Assembly (NCBI GenBank): GCA_041659805.1 | Contig: JBAZXP010000001.1 | Location: 384,589 to 448,588 of the forward strand | Direction: 5' to 3' | DNA length: 64,000 nt | From: Microgenomates group bacterium | GTDB lineage: Bacteria; Patescibacteriota; Microgenomatia; Daviesbacterales; UBA10151 | Shown here: piece by piece, positions 37,005 through 46,906 of the stretch | How positions within the stretch are numbered: the stretch's first letter is position 1 | How the letters are laid out: each line of letters starts with the position of its first letter | Program-made: the position numbers and the translations under genes | Notes under the pieces: generated by a model | Seen by the model: the letters and a program-made list of their open reading frames with translations, nothing else | The model's database searches: none | What the model was told of the DNA's origin: nothing

Positions 37005-37829
37005 ATGTTATTTGCTACTGAATTTGCCGAACTTGAACAAAAAGCACTTCAAATAAGGCAGGATATTATTAAAATGCTGGTTAGCGCCGGTTCAGGCCAC
37101 AGCGCAGGACCGCTTGGTTTGTCAGATATTTTTGCTGCACTTTATTTTAAAATTCTGAAAGTTGATTCTAAAAAACCCGATTGGATAGATCGGGATAGAT
37201 TGGTTTTATCCTGTGGCCATTATTGTCCTGTTCTTTATGCAACCTTGGCGCGTGCGGGGTATTTCCCAGAATCTGAATTATTAACTTTGCGAAAATTTGG
37301 ATCAGGTCTTCAGGGTCATCCTCACAGAGAATCACTACCAGGTTTAGAAACTACATCCGGGCCTTTAGGTTCAGGGTTATCAGAAAGTTGTGGGATGGCG
37401 CTCGCCGGAAGGATGGATCATAAAGATTGGCGGGTAATTTGCATAATGTCTGATGGGGAACAAGATGAGGGGAATACCTGGGAGGGAGTTATGTTTGCCG
37501 CAAAATATAAACTGGATAATCTGGTAGCCTTAATTGACAGAAATCATATTCAAATTGATGGGATTACAGAAGACATAATGCCGATAGATCCTTTGACAGA
37601 AAAATATAAAAGTTTTGGATGGGAAGTAATTGAAATTGATGGACATGATTTTAATCAGATTATAGATGCTTTTGAGAAAGCTAAAACAATAAAAAATAAA
37701 CCTACTGTTATTATTGCCAAAACAATTCCCGGTAAAGGTGTTTCTTTTATGGAGGGTAAATTTGAGTGGCATGGTAAGGCACCAACAAAAGAGGAAGGAG
37801 AGAAAGCATTGCATGAACTTAAATCCTAA
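37005..37829 (+). CDS. Transketolase, N-terminal subunit
   Basis: SGH, DRLVLSCGH, LQGHP and SDGE..EG...N (TPP binding). Confidence 0.95.
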   Translation: MLFATEFAELEQKALQIRQDIIKMLVSAGSGHSAGPLGLSDIFAALYFKILKVDSKKPDWIDRDRLVLSCGHYCPVLYATLARAGYFPESELLTLRKFGSGLQGHPHRESLPGLETTSGPLGSGLSESCGMALAGRMDHKDWRVICIMSDGEQDEGNTWEGVMFAAKYKLDNLVALIDRNHIQIDGITEDIMPIDPLTEKYKSFGWEVIEIDGHDFNQIIDAFEKAKTIKNKPTVIIAKTIPGKGVSFMEGKFEWHGKAPTKEEGEKALHELKS

Positions 37830-38781
37830 ATTATTTGATCTGAGTGTTGAAAAAGTTTCCTCCCGCGATGGATTTGGGGAAGGATTAATTTTAGCTGGAG
37901 AGAAGGATGAAAATGTAGTGGCTTTATCAGCAGACTTGGAAGAATCAACTAGGGTAGACGGATTTTTCAAAAAATACCCTGAAAGATCTTTTGAAGTTGG
38001 GGTAGCAGAACAATGTTTAGTGACAGTTGCGTCTGGCTTAGCCCATGAGGGGAAAATTCCATTTGCTACATCATACGCAGTTTTTTCACCAGGGAGAAAT
38101 TGGGAACAGATAAGGACAACTATCTGTTATAACAATGTTCCTGTTAAAATTATCGGTTCTCATACTGGAATAAGTGTTGGTGCAGATGGAGCTACGCATC
38201 AGGCTTTAGAAGATATTGCTATAATGCGAGTCTTACCAAATATGGTGGTAATTTCTCCTTGTGACGCGATTGAGGCAAAAAAAGCCACTCTGGCAATGGC
38301 TAAATTAAATAAACCATGTTACCTGAGACTTACCAGAAATAAAACCCCAATAATTACAACAGAGGAAACATCTTTTGAAATAGGAAAAGCAGAAATTTTC
38401 CGGGAAGGAAATCATGCAACAATTATTGCAACAGGTGAGATGGTATATTTTGCACTTTTGGCTGCAAAGAAATTAGAAGAGAGTCTGATTAGTACTCGAG
38501 TAATAAATGTGCACACAATAAAACCATTGGATACAAAAAGTGTTCTTTTGGCTGCAGAAGCAACAGGTGCAATAGTAACTGTTGAAGATCATCAAATTGC
38601 AGGAGGACTAGGATCTGCAGTTGCAGAAATAATTTCCCAACACTTCCCTGTTCCATTAAAAATAATTGGGATAGATGATAAATTTGGAGAATCAGGAGAG
38701 CCGGAGGAACTAATGAAGAAATATGGTTTAACAGTTGAAGAAATAGTAAAAGCAGTTGCTACTGTTATCAGAATGAAATAG
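37813..38781 (+). CDS. Transketolase, C-terminal subunit
   Basis: GVAEQ, DGATHQALED, YLRL.R, IKPLD and EDH..GGLG; start set at ATG 37813. Confidence 0.95.
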   Translation: MNLNPKLFDLSVEKVSSRDGFGEGLILAGEKDENVVALSADLEESTRVDGFFKKYPERSFEVGVAEQCLVTVASGLAHEGKIPFATSYAVFSPGRNWEQIRTTICYNNVPVKIIGSHTGISVGADGATHQALEDIAIMRVLPNMVVISPCDAIEAKKATLAMAKLNKPCYLRLTRNKTPIITTEETSFEIGKAEIFREGNHATIIATGEMVYFALLAAKKLEESLISTRVINVHTIKPLDTKSVLLAAEATGAIVTVEDHQIAGGLGSAVAEIISQHFPVPLKIIGIDDKFGESGEPEELMKKYGLTVEEIVKAVATVIRMK

Positions 38782-38822
38782 ATTTAGAATTTTGGGTATG
38801 AAAGTAATATAATTCCCAGAAT

Positions 38823-39401
38823 ATGAAAGAGTTTGTGTTTCTTTATCCTATACAGGAATATTTGGATGGGTGTGTTGGTAGCGAAGCTATTAGGAGAAGA
38901 GAAGGATGGGAGGTTTGTCAGAGGTTTAATGAGATAGTTGAAGCAAGATATAGACAAAGAGGTTTTGGTGTAAGTTGGGTTATGTTTAGTGATCCAAATG
39001 AACACCAACTACCAGATTTTTCAATAAAAGCAAAAGAAATAGAGATAAAGCCTGAGGATCATATTTTAGTGGCAGGTGTGTCGTTTTTGGTACATAAGAC
39101 CTTGAAGGAATATCCGGATCCATTAGGTATTTTATCGCAATTACCATCAAATCTTGAGCGACTGGTGATAGGAGGATTCCATCAAAATGACTGTGTTGAT
39201 AAATTGGGACAAGCTGTATATGAGAAAGGTATATCTACTGTTGTTGATGAGGACACGACAGATGTGTTTTTTATAAGTATGCGCTATAGTTTGACAATCC
39301 CATTGATACGAGATGAATTTCCTATAGAAGAGGAAGTTCCTCCGACAATGTTATATTTGCTTAAAGAAAGACTTTCTAAGCCTTGGTTTACCCAGTTTTA
39401 A
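38823..39401 (+). CDS. Hypothetical protein (possibly isochorismatase-like)
   Basis: LVIGGFH..DCV resembles a cysteine-hydrolase motif; weak. Confidence 0.55.
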   Translation: MKEFVFLYPIQEYLDGCVGSEAIRRREGWEVCQRFNEIVEARYRQRGFGVSWVMFSDPNEHQLPDFSIKAKEIEIKPEDHILVAGVSFLVHKTLKEYPDPLGILSQLPSNLERLVIGGFHQNDCVDKLGQAVYEKGISTVVDEDTTDVFFISMRYSLTIPLIRDEFPIEEEVPPTMLYLLKERLSKPWFTQF

Positions 39402-39421
39402 AAAACCTAGCTTTTCCCTAC

Positions 39422-39468
39422 TAGACAAATGGTTTTTGTTTGCTGTATTATATCCCCCATAGGGGGAT
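39422..39468 (+). promoter_or_regulatory. Promoter plus CsoR-type operator
   Basis: TAGACA-18-TATTAT followed by the palindrome ATCCCCC-ATA-GGGGGAT, just upstream of csoR. Confidence 0.85.
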
Positions 39469-39477
39469 TAGAAAGAT

Positions 39478-39750
39478 ATGACATTTAGACCAAAAAATAC
39501 AGAAGAAAGAACTTTGCACCGGCTAAAAATTGCCCAGGGACATTTGAAAAAAGTTATTCAGATGGCGGAATCACATGAATATTGTATTGATATTATTCAC
39601 CAGTCTCAGGCTGTGCAAAAAGCTTTGAAAGAAGTGGACAATTTAATTTTAGAAAATCATTTGAAAACCTGTGTTGCAGATTCCATTAAAAAAGGTCGTG
39701 AAGAAGAAGCTATTGCCGAAGTAATGAATATTTTTAAGAAAAACGAATAA
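39478..39750 (+). CDS. csoR: CsoR/RcnR family metal-sensing repressor
   Basis: RLK...GH...YCIDIIHQ..AV...ENHLKTC. Confidence 0.92.
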   Translation: MTFRPKNTEERTLHRLKIAQGHLKKVIQMAESHEYCIDIIHQSQAVQKALKEVDNLILENHLKTCVADSIKKGREEEAIAEVMNIFKKNE

Positions 39751-39752
39751 AT

Positions 39753-40262
39753 ATGAGTGGTGAAAAAAAGTTATTATTTGGAATTATTTTATCAACAGTT
39801 ATTATATTGGTTGGAGCAATTTTCTTTTTAACTAAATCAACACCTGCTAAAATTGTTTTAGAAAAAACTACCGGTGCAAAAAGCGAAAGTCTAGAAACTA
39901 ATTATGATTTTAAGAATATTGCTTTTTCAGGTGGTGACGCCATCCATGAATTTAAGATTAAAAATATTGGGGACAAAGACCTTCAGATTGCTAACTTAGC
40001 AACATCTTGTCATTGCACTAAGGTTTACTTTAAGTCAGCAAAAGAAGTGAGCCCTAGATTTGGAATGAAGGGTTCATCTTCTGCTTCAGATTGGGTAGGA
40101 ATATTATCTCCAGGAGAGGAGGGTCAGGTTGTTGCAGATTTTGATCCAACATATCATGGTCCACAAGGAGTGGGACCAATTTCCAGAATAGTAAGTATTG
40201 AAACAAATGATCCGGATAAACCATATATGGAATTTAATTTTTCCGGAAATGTTGTGAAATAA
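39753..40262 (+). CDS. DUF1573-like Ig-fold exported protein
   Basis: TM anchor; F.IKN.G...L.I...TSCHCT; L.PGE; ETNDP. Confidence 0.8.
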   Translation: MSGEKKLLFGIILSTVIILVGAIFFLTKSTPAKIVLEKTTGAKSESLETNYDFKNIAFSGGDAIHEFKIKNIGDKDLQIANLATSCHCTKVYFKSAKEVSPRFGMKGSSSASDWVGILSPGEEGQVVADFDPTYHGPQGVGPISRIVSIETNDPDKPYMEFNFSGNVVK

Positions 40263-40263
40263 A

Positions 40264-41166
40264 ATGACAAAAAATCAACTAACATTATTATGTGTTGCAC
40301 TTGTGGTGATATCTTTTGCGATCGGTAATCTTTCCCAGCCAATAATCAAAATTAAAAGTACAAGCAAAATAAAACCCTCTCCCACAGTACCAGCAGGGCC
40401 TGATTTGGCAAAATTGCAGGAAGAAGTAATCCCTCAAAAAGGATTTGTTTTTAATTTTAAATGGGGGGATATGGGCAAAAAATTGATTGATGATGGCGTA
40501 ATCGACGAAACTAAATTAGCTAAAGCCTTAACTGGTACAGAAAATATGCCACCGGAATTCAAAAAATATTTGGATGGTTCTGTTCAACAGATAGAACTTA
40601 ATTCTTCGAATTCTCAATTTTGGGTTGATGTTTTATGGGGATTAGGTCTTGCCAATAAAAATGAACTTTTGGAAAAAGGTCCAATGGTGGAAGAAGGACG
40701 AATAGCTAATTTTGCTTCTACAGGAGGTTTTACCATCGGCCCTAAAAATCCTATGAATGTTTATAGTAAGTTCTCTTATATAAAATTAACTCCTGATCAA
40801 CAGGCAAGAGTAGTTAAAGTTGCGGGAGGAATTTACCGTCCTTGTTGCGGTAACTCAACTGCATTTCCTGATTGCAATCACGGTATGGCAGCATTGGCTT
40901 TAGTTGAACTTATGGTTTCCCAAAACTTTTCTGATGAGGAAATTTATAAAACCGTTTTAAGGTTTAATTCTTTTTGGTTTCCTCAAACATATTTGGATGT
41001 TTCTTATCATTTTGCTAAAAATAACAGGGATTTTAAAGCAGTTCCTGCTTCAGAAATCTTATCAAAAACTTTTTCATCCTCCCAGGGTTATCAGGCAATT
41101 GCAAGTAAAATCGGAGTTGTGGATTGGCCAATCCTAAAAAACCGCGGAGGGAGTTGCGGAGCATAA
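40264..41166 (+). CDS. Membrane-anchored hypothetical protein with a Cys/His cluster
   Basis: RPCCGNSTAFPDCNHGMA and a C-terminal GGSCGA. Confidence 0.75.
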   Translation: MTKNQLTLLCVALVVISFAIGNLSQPIIKIKSTSKIKPSPTVPAGPDLAKLQEEVIPQKGFVFNFKWGDMGKKLIDDGVIDETKLAKALTGTENMPPEFKKYLDGSVQQIELNSSNSQFWVDVLWGLGLANKNELLEKGPMVEEGRIANFASTGGFTIGPKNPMNVYSKFSYIKLTPDQQARVVKVAGGIYRPCCGNSTAFPDCNHGMAALALVELMVSQNFSDEEIYKTVLRFNSFWFPQTYLDVSYHFAKNNRDFKAVPASEILSKTFSSSQGYQAIASKIGVVDWPILKNRGGSCGA

Positions 41167-41167
41167 T

Positions 41168-42001
41168 ATGGAAACAATTTTATTTCAAACATCTCTTGTT
41201 GCTGCTTTTGTAGCTGGAATGGTGGCTTTGTTTGCCCCCTGTTGCATCACTTTTTTATTACCTGCATATTTAGGTAGCGTTTTTAAAGAAAAAGAAAAAG
41301 TGCTATTTATGACTTTGGTTTTTGGTTTGGGGATTTTTGTGGTACTTTTGCCAGCAGTATTAGGAGTAGCTTTTGTCTCCAAAGCTTTATTTCGTTATCA
41401 TGATACAATTTATTTTTTTGGAGGTATAGCTATGTTGCTAATCTCTGCAATTACTTTTTTAGGAATAAAGCTTCCGATGCCTCAAATAAGTGGCAATACA
41501 AGCAAAAAAACTGACATACTTTCTATTTTTACCATGGGAATATTTTCAGGTTTAACTTCTGCTTGTTGCGCCCCAGTTTTAATCGGAATTTTAACCTTGA
41601 CGTTTTTATCTCCCAGCTTCTTTGGAGGTATTTTAATCGGGATGATGTATGTTTTGGGAATGGTTACCCCACTTCTTCTTATTTCACTTTTTCTTTCAGG
41701 TAAGATGCCGAATACTTCCGTTTTAAGAAAACCTTTGGCTGATATAAAAATATTTGGAAAAACTTTTTCTTTAATATTAAGCAATATAATTGCCAGTGCA
41801 ATCTTTTTTGCAACGGGCACCTTAACCTTAGTTTTAAATGCTTCGGGAAGGTTATCTATGGCTAAATCAGAAGAGGTGACTAAATTTATTCAGAATGCAG
41901 GAGAATACGTTAATTCCTTGGTGGGAGGAAATATTTTGGTAAATATCTTTTTTTTAGTAGTTGTCGGGGTATTTATTTATATAATTTCAAAAAAGGTATA
42001 A
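41168..42001 (+). CDS. CcdA/DsbD-type transmembrane disulfide transporter
   Basis: FAPCC..LLPAY and SACCAPVL; polytopic. Confidence 0.85.
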   Translation: METILFQTSLVAAFVAGMVALFAPCCITFLLPAYLGSVFKEKEKVLFMTLVFGLGIFVVLLPAVLGVAFVSKALFRYHDTIYFFGGIAMLLISAITFLGIKLPMPQISGNTSKKTDILSIFTMGIFSGLTSACCAPVLIGILTLTFLSPSFFGGILIGMMYVLGMVTPLLLISLFLSGKMPNTSVLRKPLADIKIFGKTFSLILSNIIASAIFFATGTLTLVLNASGRLSMAKSEEVTKFIQNAGEYVNSLVGGNILVNIFFLVVVGVFIYIISKKV

Positions 42002-42010
42002 GATATAAAT

Positions 42011-42370
42011 ATGGATAATATTAAAAGTATCATAACTATTGCAGGATTATCATTTATAGCTTTTACCTATTGGTTTTTTTTGATGAAAAAAAGCAAAGAG
42101 GTGTCTGTTGCCAATTCAGTAGATATTGTAGTTAATGGTGGATATTCTCCTGAAGTAATCTCTATTCCTAAAGGTAAGACCACGGAAATTAATTTTATTA
42201 GGACAGACCCCACTGATTGTTTATCAGAGGTGGTTTTAGGAGATTTTAAAATCCGTAAAGAGCTACCTCTAAATCAAAAAGTGACAGTAAAAATTACTCC
42301 CACAAAAGCTGGGGAGTATGGTTATAGCTGTGCTATGAATATGTATCACGGAAAAATAATTGTTAAATAA
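42011..42370 (+). CDS. Cupredoxin-domain protein (CupA-like)
   Basis: GGYSP..I, C and [10 protein letters not shown]. Confidence 0.88.
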   Translation: MDNIKSIITIAGLSFIAFTYWFFLMKKSKEVSVANSVDIVVNGGYSPEVISIPKGKTTEINFIRTDPTDCLSEVVLGDFKIRKELPLNQKVTVKITPTKAGEYGYSCAMNMYHGKIIVK

Positions 42371-42372
42371 AT

Positions 42373-44607
42373 ATGTCTGAAATTAAGAAAATTTATTCAT
42401 TAAAAGGAATGCATTGCGCCTCTTGTGTGAGGGTAATTGAGCGAGCCTTGAGTGAAGTTGAAGGGGTGCAGGAAGCAAACGTAAATTTAGCTACTGAACA
42501 AGCAACTGTGACCTTTGATCCTGATAAAGTGACTGAAGATAAATTATCTTCCGCTGTATCTCAAGCAGGTTATCAGATTATTACAACTGAGGAAGTAAAA
42601 AGTGAGGAAGAAACCCAAAAAGAAAAACAGGTAGAGGTAAATAATTTAAGGAATAAATCTTTTTTCAGTTTATTTTTAGGATCTTTAATTGTTTGGGGAT
42701 CTTTTCCAGGACTTATGGATTTCTCTCCCCCATTTTTGCAAAACTTTTATGTTCAAATGGTTTTGGCTTTACCTGTTCAATTTTGGGCAGGTCTAGGTTT
42801 TTATAAAGCTACCATCCCTGCTTTGAAACACAGAACTGCCAATATGGATACTTTAATTACTATTGGTACTACTGCTGCTTTTGCCTTTTCAGTAGTGGTA
42901 ACTGTTTTTCCTGAACTTGTTGAAAGTGTTGGGATAGAGGCAATGCCTTATTTTGATGTGGCAGCGATAGTTATTGGCTTAATTTTACTGGGAAGATATT
43001 TTGAAGCTAGAGCTAAAGCAGGAACATCTGAGGCAATTAAGAAACTAATTGGGCTACAAGCAAAAACAGCCAGAGTTGTTAAGAATGGAAAAGATTTGGA
43101 TATCCCAATTGAACAAGTTGTTATTGGAAATATTATCAGGGTTAGGCCCGGTGAAAAAATTCCTGTTGACGGAGAAATTATAGAAGGCGACTCATCTGTT
43201 GATGAATCCATGATTTCCGGTGAAAGCATTCCTGTTGATAAGCAAAAGGGTAGTGTGGTAATTGGTGGAACTATTAATAAAGCAGGCAGCTTTTTATACA
43301 AGGCAACTAAAGTAGGTTCTGACACCATGTTATCCCAAATCATTAAATTGGTGGCAGAAGCACAAGGCAGTAAAGCCCCTATTCAAAGAATTGCGGATAT
43401 GATTTCTTCTTATTTTGTGCCGATTGTGATTATGCTGGCTTTAGCCACTTTTGTAGTTTGGTTTGATTTTGGTCCCCAACCCGCTTTTCTTTTTGCACTT
43501 CTCAATACTGTGGCAGTTTTAATTATTGCCTGTCCTTGTGCCATGGGATTGGCAACACCAACTGCCATTATGGTGGGAGTTGGCAAGGGAGCTGAGAATG
43601 GAATATTAATTAAAGACGCAGAAAGCTTGGAAACTGCCCATAAAATCCAAACCATTATTTTTGATAAAACAGGAACTCTCACAGAAGGTAAACCGGTTGT
43701 GACAGATGTAATTGTGAGTAAAGAGCAAAAAATTAATGACGCAGAATTATTGAGATTGGCTGCTTCAATTGAAAAAGGCTCTGAGCATTCTTTGGCAGAT
43801 GCAATTGTGCAAAAGGCTGATGAAGGAAAATTGAAACTGGATAAAGTGACCGGTTTTAAAGCAGTTCCGGGACATGGTGTGGAAGGTATGGTCGGTAAAG
43901 TACAGGTATTTTTAGGAAACCGAAAATTGATGGATCGGGAGAAAATAAATATTAAAGATTTTGAAAGTACTATCAGCAAACTGGAAACTGAGGGTAAAAC
44001 CGTGATGATGGTTGCTTTAGACGGAAAGTTTGCAGGATTTATTGGGGTTGCAGATACCTTGAAAGCAAGCTCTAAGGAAGCAATAGAAAGTTTAAAAAGG
44101 ATGGGAATTGAACCGATCATGATTACTGGTGATAATCAAAGAACAGCTGCTGCTATTGGTAAGCTTGCAGGAATTGAGAGAGTTTTAGCAGAAGTTTTGC
44201 CAGATGGGAAAGAAGCTGAGGTAAGAAAAATACAAAACGAAGGCAAAGTGGTTGCTATGGTGGGGGATGGCATTAATGATGCGCCAGCCTTGGCTGCTGC
44301 TGATGTAGGAATTGCCATGGGAAGTGGCACAGATGTAGCGATAGAAGCCGCAGACATTACCTTAATTAGCAAGGATTTAAAATCAGTGGCATCAGCCATT
44401 AATTTGTCTAAAAAAACCATGAGGACCATAAAGATGAATTTATTTTGGGCTTTTGGTTATAATGTTATCCTGATACCAGTTGCTATGGGTGTGTTATACC
44501 CTATGTGGGGAATATTACTTAACCCTGTTTTTGCATCAGCTGCTATGGCAATGAGTTCAGTTTCAGTTGTCAGTAATTCTTTATTACTTAAGAGGATCAA
44601 GATTTAA
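42373..44607 (+). CDS. copA: Cu(I)-translocating P1B-type ATPase
   Basis: [35 protein letters not shown] and MAMSS. Confidence 0.96.
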   Translation: MSEIKKIYSLKGMHCASCVRVIERALSEVEGVQEANVNLATEQATVTFDPDKVTEDKLSSAVSQAGYQIITTEEVKSEEETQKEKQVEVNNLRNKSFFSLFLGSLIVWGSFPGLMDFSPPFLQNFYVQMVLALPVQFWAGLGFYKATIPALKHRTANMDTLITIGTTAAFAFSVVVTVFPELVESVGIEAMPYFDVAAIVIGLILLGRYFEARAKAGTSEAIKKLIGLQAKTARVVKNGKDLDIPIEQVVIGNIIRVRPGEKIPVDGEIIEGDSSVDESMISGESIPVDKQKGSVVIGGTINKAGSFLYKATKVGSDTMLSQIIKLVAEAQGSKAPIQRIADMISSYFVPIVIMLALATFVVWFDFGPQPAFLFALLNTVAVLIIACPCAMGLATPTAIMVGVGKGAENGILIKDAESLETAHKIQTIIFDKTGTLTEGKPVVTDVIVSKEQKINDAELLRLAASIEKGSEHSLADAIVQKADEGKLKLDKVTGFKAVPGHGVEGMVGKVQVFLGNRKLMDREKINIKDFESTISKLETEGKTVMMVALDGKFAGFIGVADTLKASSKEAIESLKRMGIEPIMITGDNQRTAAAIGKLAGIERVLAEVLPDGKEAEVRKIQNEGKVVAMVGDGINDAPALAAADVGIAMGSGTDVAIEAADITLISKDLKSVASAINLSKKTMRTIKMNLFWAFGYNVILIPVAMGVLYPMWGILLNPVFASAAMAMSSVSVVSNSLLLKRIKI

Positions 44608-44640
44608 ATAAGCAGAGCTTGAAATTTTGAAGACAAAATT

Positions 44641-45627
44641 ATGGATTTATTTACAGTATTTTTTATTGGTTTAACAGCAGGAGGATTTGGTTGTGTTGCT
44701 TTACAAGGTGGCCTTTTAACATCGGCTATTGCTTCACGTAAGAAAAATGAGGGGTCAGACAAAAGCGATTTTATTCCCACGCTTTCTTTTTTAGTTGCCA
44801 AGTTAATAGCTTATGCTATCTTTGGTCTTATTTTAGGGTTTTTTGGAGCAGAGCTTTCAATTTCAGATTCATTGAGGATTACATTGCAAATCGTAGCTGG
44901 AATTTACATGATAATTATCGGTTTAAACCTTTTAAATGTGCATCCTTTATTGCGGTATTTTGTTCTTCAGCCACCTCGTTTTTTAACAAGACTGGTGAAA
45001 AATCAATCCAAAAGTGCTGATATTTTTGCGCCAGCCATCCTGGGTGCAATGACTATATTTGTGCCTTGTGGAACAACTTTGGCAATGGAGGCTTTAGCTA
45101 TTTCATCAGGTAGTGCAGTTAATGGATCGTTGATTTTAGTAGCTTTTGTATTAGGAACATCCCCAATTTTTTTCGGACTTGGTTTTATTACCTCAAAGCT
45201 TTCAGATTCTTTTAGAAATACATTTTTTAAACTGGCTGCAATTATTATTATCATTATTGGTCTTTCAACTGCTTATAATTCTTGGGCGCTTGCAGGAGGA
45301 CCAATAATAACTTGGGGATCAGAAGAAAACACCGCACAACAGACGATTGACCCAAATGTTAAACAAGATTATCAAATTAAAATTATAAATGGTGGTTATG
45401 AACCTGCTTATATTAAAGTTAAAAAAGGTTTGCCAGTTAAGCTTACTTTAGTTTCTAATAATGTTTATAGCTGTGCATTAGCTTTTAGAATCCCTTCACA
45501 AAATATTTCAATAAATCTTAAGCCGACGGATACTCAAATTATCGAGTTTACACCGACTGAAGTCGGGGCAATTCCCTTTAGCTGCTCGATGGGTATGTAC
45601 CGTGGTACTATCGATGTAGTAGAATAA
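44641..45627 (+). CDS. DsbD_2/TauE-like membrane protein fused to a C-terminal cupredoxin domain
   Basis: GCVALQGG and FVPCG in the TM domain; FSCSMGMYRG tail. Confidence 0.85.
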   Translation: MDLFTVFFIGLTAGGFGCVALQGGLLTSAIASRKKNEGSDKSDFIPTLSFLVAKLIAYAIFGLILGFFGAELSISDSLRITLQIVAGIYMIIIGLNLLNVHPLLRYFVLQPPRFLTRLVKNQSKSADIFAPAILGAMTIFVPCGTTLAMEALAISSGSAVNGSLILVAFVLGTSPIFFGLGFITSKLSDSFRNTFFKLAAIIIIIIGLSTAYNSWALAGGPIITWGSEENTAQQTIDPNVKQDYQIKIINGGYEPAYIKVKKGLPVKLTLVSNNVYSCALAFRIPSQNISINLKPTDTQIIEFTPTEVGAIPFSCSMGMYRGTIDVVE

Positions 45628-45635
45628 TTATATAT

Positions 45636-45860
45636 ATGGGAACAATAAAAAAAGTATATAAGATTGATGGCATGCATTGCACTTCTTGTGCCATGACAAT
45701 AGAGATGGATTTGGAAGATTTGGAGGGGGTTATTAATGTTAAAACATCCTATGCTAAAGGGGAAACAGAGGTTGAATTTGATTCCAGTAAAGTTACAGAA
45801 GAAACAATACTCGAAACCATCAAAAAGGATGGATATGCTGCTTCCTCTGTTGTAAGTTAA
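45636..45860 (+). CDS. copZ: Copper chaperone (HMA domain)
   Basis: GMHCTSC. Confidence 0.9.
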   Translation: MGTIKKVYKIDGMHCTSCAMTIEMDLEDLEGVINVKTSYAKGETEVEFDSSKVTEETILETIKKDGYAASSVVS

Positions 45861-45886
45861 AGTATTTTAAGTATAAACTAGAGGTA

Positions 45887-46867
45887 ATGTTTGATTTAAT
45901 TTCCATTGGAGACGCTGCTGTTGATCATTTCTTCAAAATTTCTGATGCTCATGTTGAGTTGGATAAGGGGGAGGAGGAGTTGTGTTTGAGTTTAGGAAGT
46001 AAGCTTCCAGTTGAAACATACGAGCAAATTTTAGGTGGAAATAATGCAAATAATGCAGTTGGTGCCACTAGACTGGGTCTAAAAACAGCTATTTATCTTA
46101 ATGTAGGATCAGATCAAGCAGGGCAATTTACTCTATCAAAATTAAAAGAAGAAGGGGTTGATAGCAGATATGTGGTTAAAAACGAGGGAATGGATTCGAA
46201 CGTATCTGCCTTAATAAGTTTTAAAGGAGAAAGAACTATTTTGACTTACCATCAGGATTTTAAGTACCAGCTGCCTGATTTGGACAAAACCCGCTGGGTG
46301 TATCTTAGCTCGATGGGTAAACCTGCACAAACAAGTGAATTTATAGGCCAAGTTGAAAACTATCTTGAGCGAACATCTGCTCAATTATTTTATAATCCCG
46401 GAACTATGGAACTCGCCCGCGGTTTAACCAAATTCCCTAAATTATTATCTCTGGCCAAAGTTTTGATTTTGAATAAAGAAGAAGCAGGACATGTTTTAGG
46501 TATTAACCATGAGGGAAAAACTGACATTAAAAAAATGTTAAGCAGCCTTGTCAACCTGGGCCCCAGGATGGCAATTATTACTGACGCTATAAGAGGATCC
46601 TTTGGTTTTGATGGTGAAAATTTTTGGAAATTGGGAATTTTTTTTGCCAAAGTAGTTGATACAACCGGGGCAGGAGATGCGTATGCTACAGGGGTTTTAG
46701 CAGGCTTATTTCATGGTGAGGATCTACACGAGGCAATGAGGTGGGGGGCTGCTAACGGGGCATCTGTGGTTGAACAAATAGGTCCTCAAAAAGGGTTATT
46801 AACTAAAAAGGAGATGCAGAAAAAAATAGCAGAAAATATTAAAATAATTGCTCAAAAAGTAAGTTAG
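45887..46867 (+). CDS. PfkB-family carbohydrate kinase
   Basis: GGNNANNA..RLG, NKEEA and DTTGAGDAY. Confidence 0.93.
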   Translation: MFDLISIGDAAVDHFFKISDAHVELDKGEEELCLSLGSKLPVETYEQILGGNNANNAVGATRLGLKTAIYLNVGSDQAGQFTLSKLKEEGVDSRYVVKNEGMDSNVSALISFKGERTILTYHQDFKYQLPDLDKTRWVYLSSMGKPAQTSEFIGQVENYLERTSAQLFYNPGTMELARGLTKFPKLLSLAKVLILNKEEAGHVLGINHEGKTDIKKMLSSLVNLGPRMAIITDAIRGSFGFDGENFWKLGIFFAKVVDTTGAGDAYATGVLAGLFHGEDLHEAMRWGAANGASVVEQIGPQKGLLTKKEMQKKIAENIKIIAQKVS

Positions 46868-46906
46868 ATATCTTTTATTTTCTATTTAGCAGTAGTATAG
46901 TTCCTG

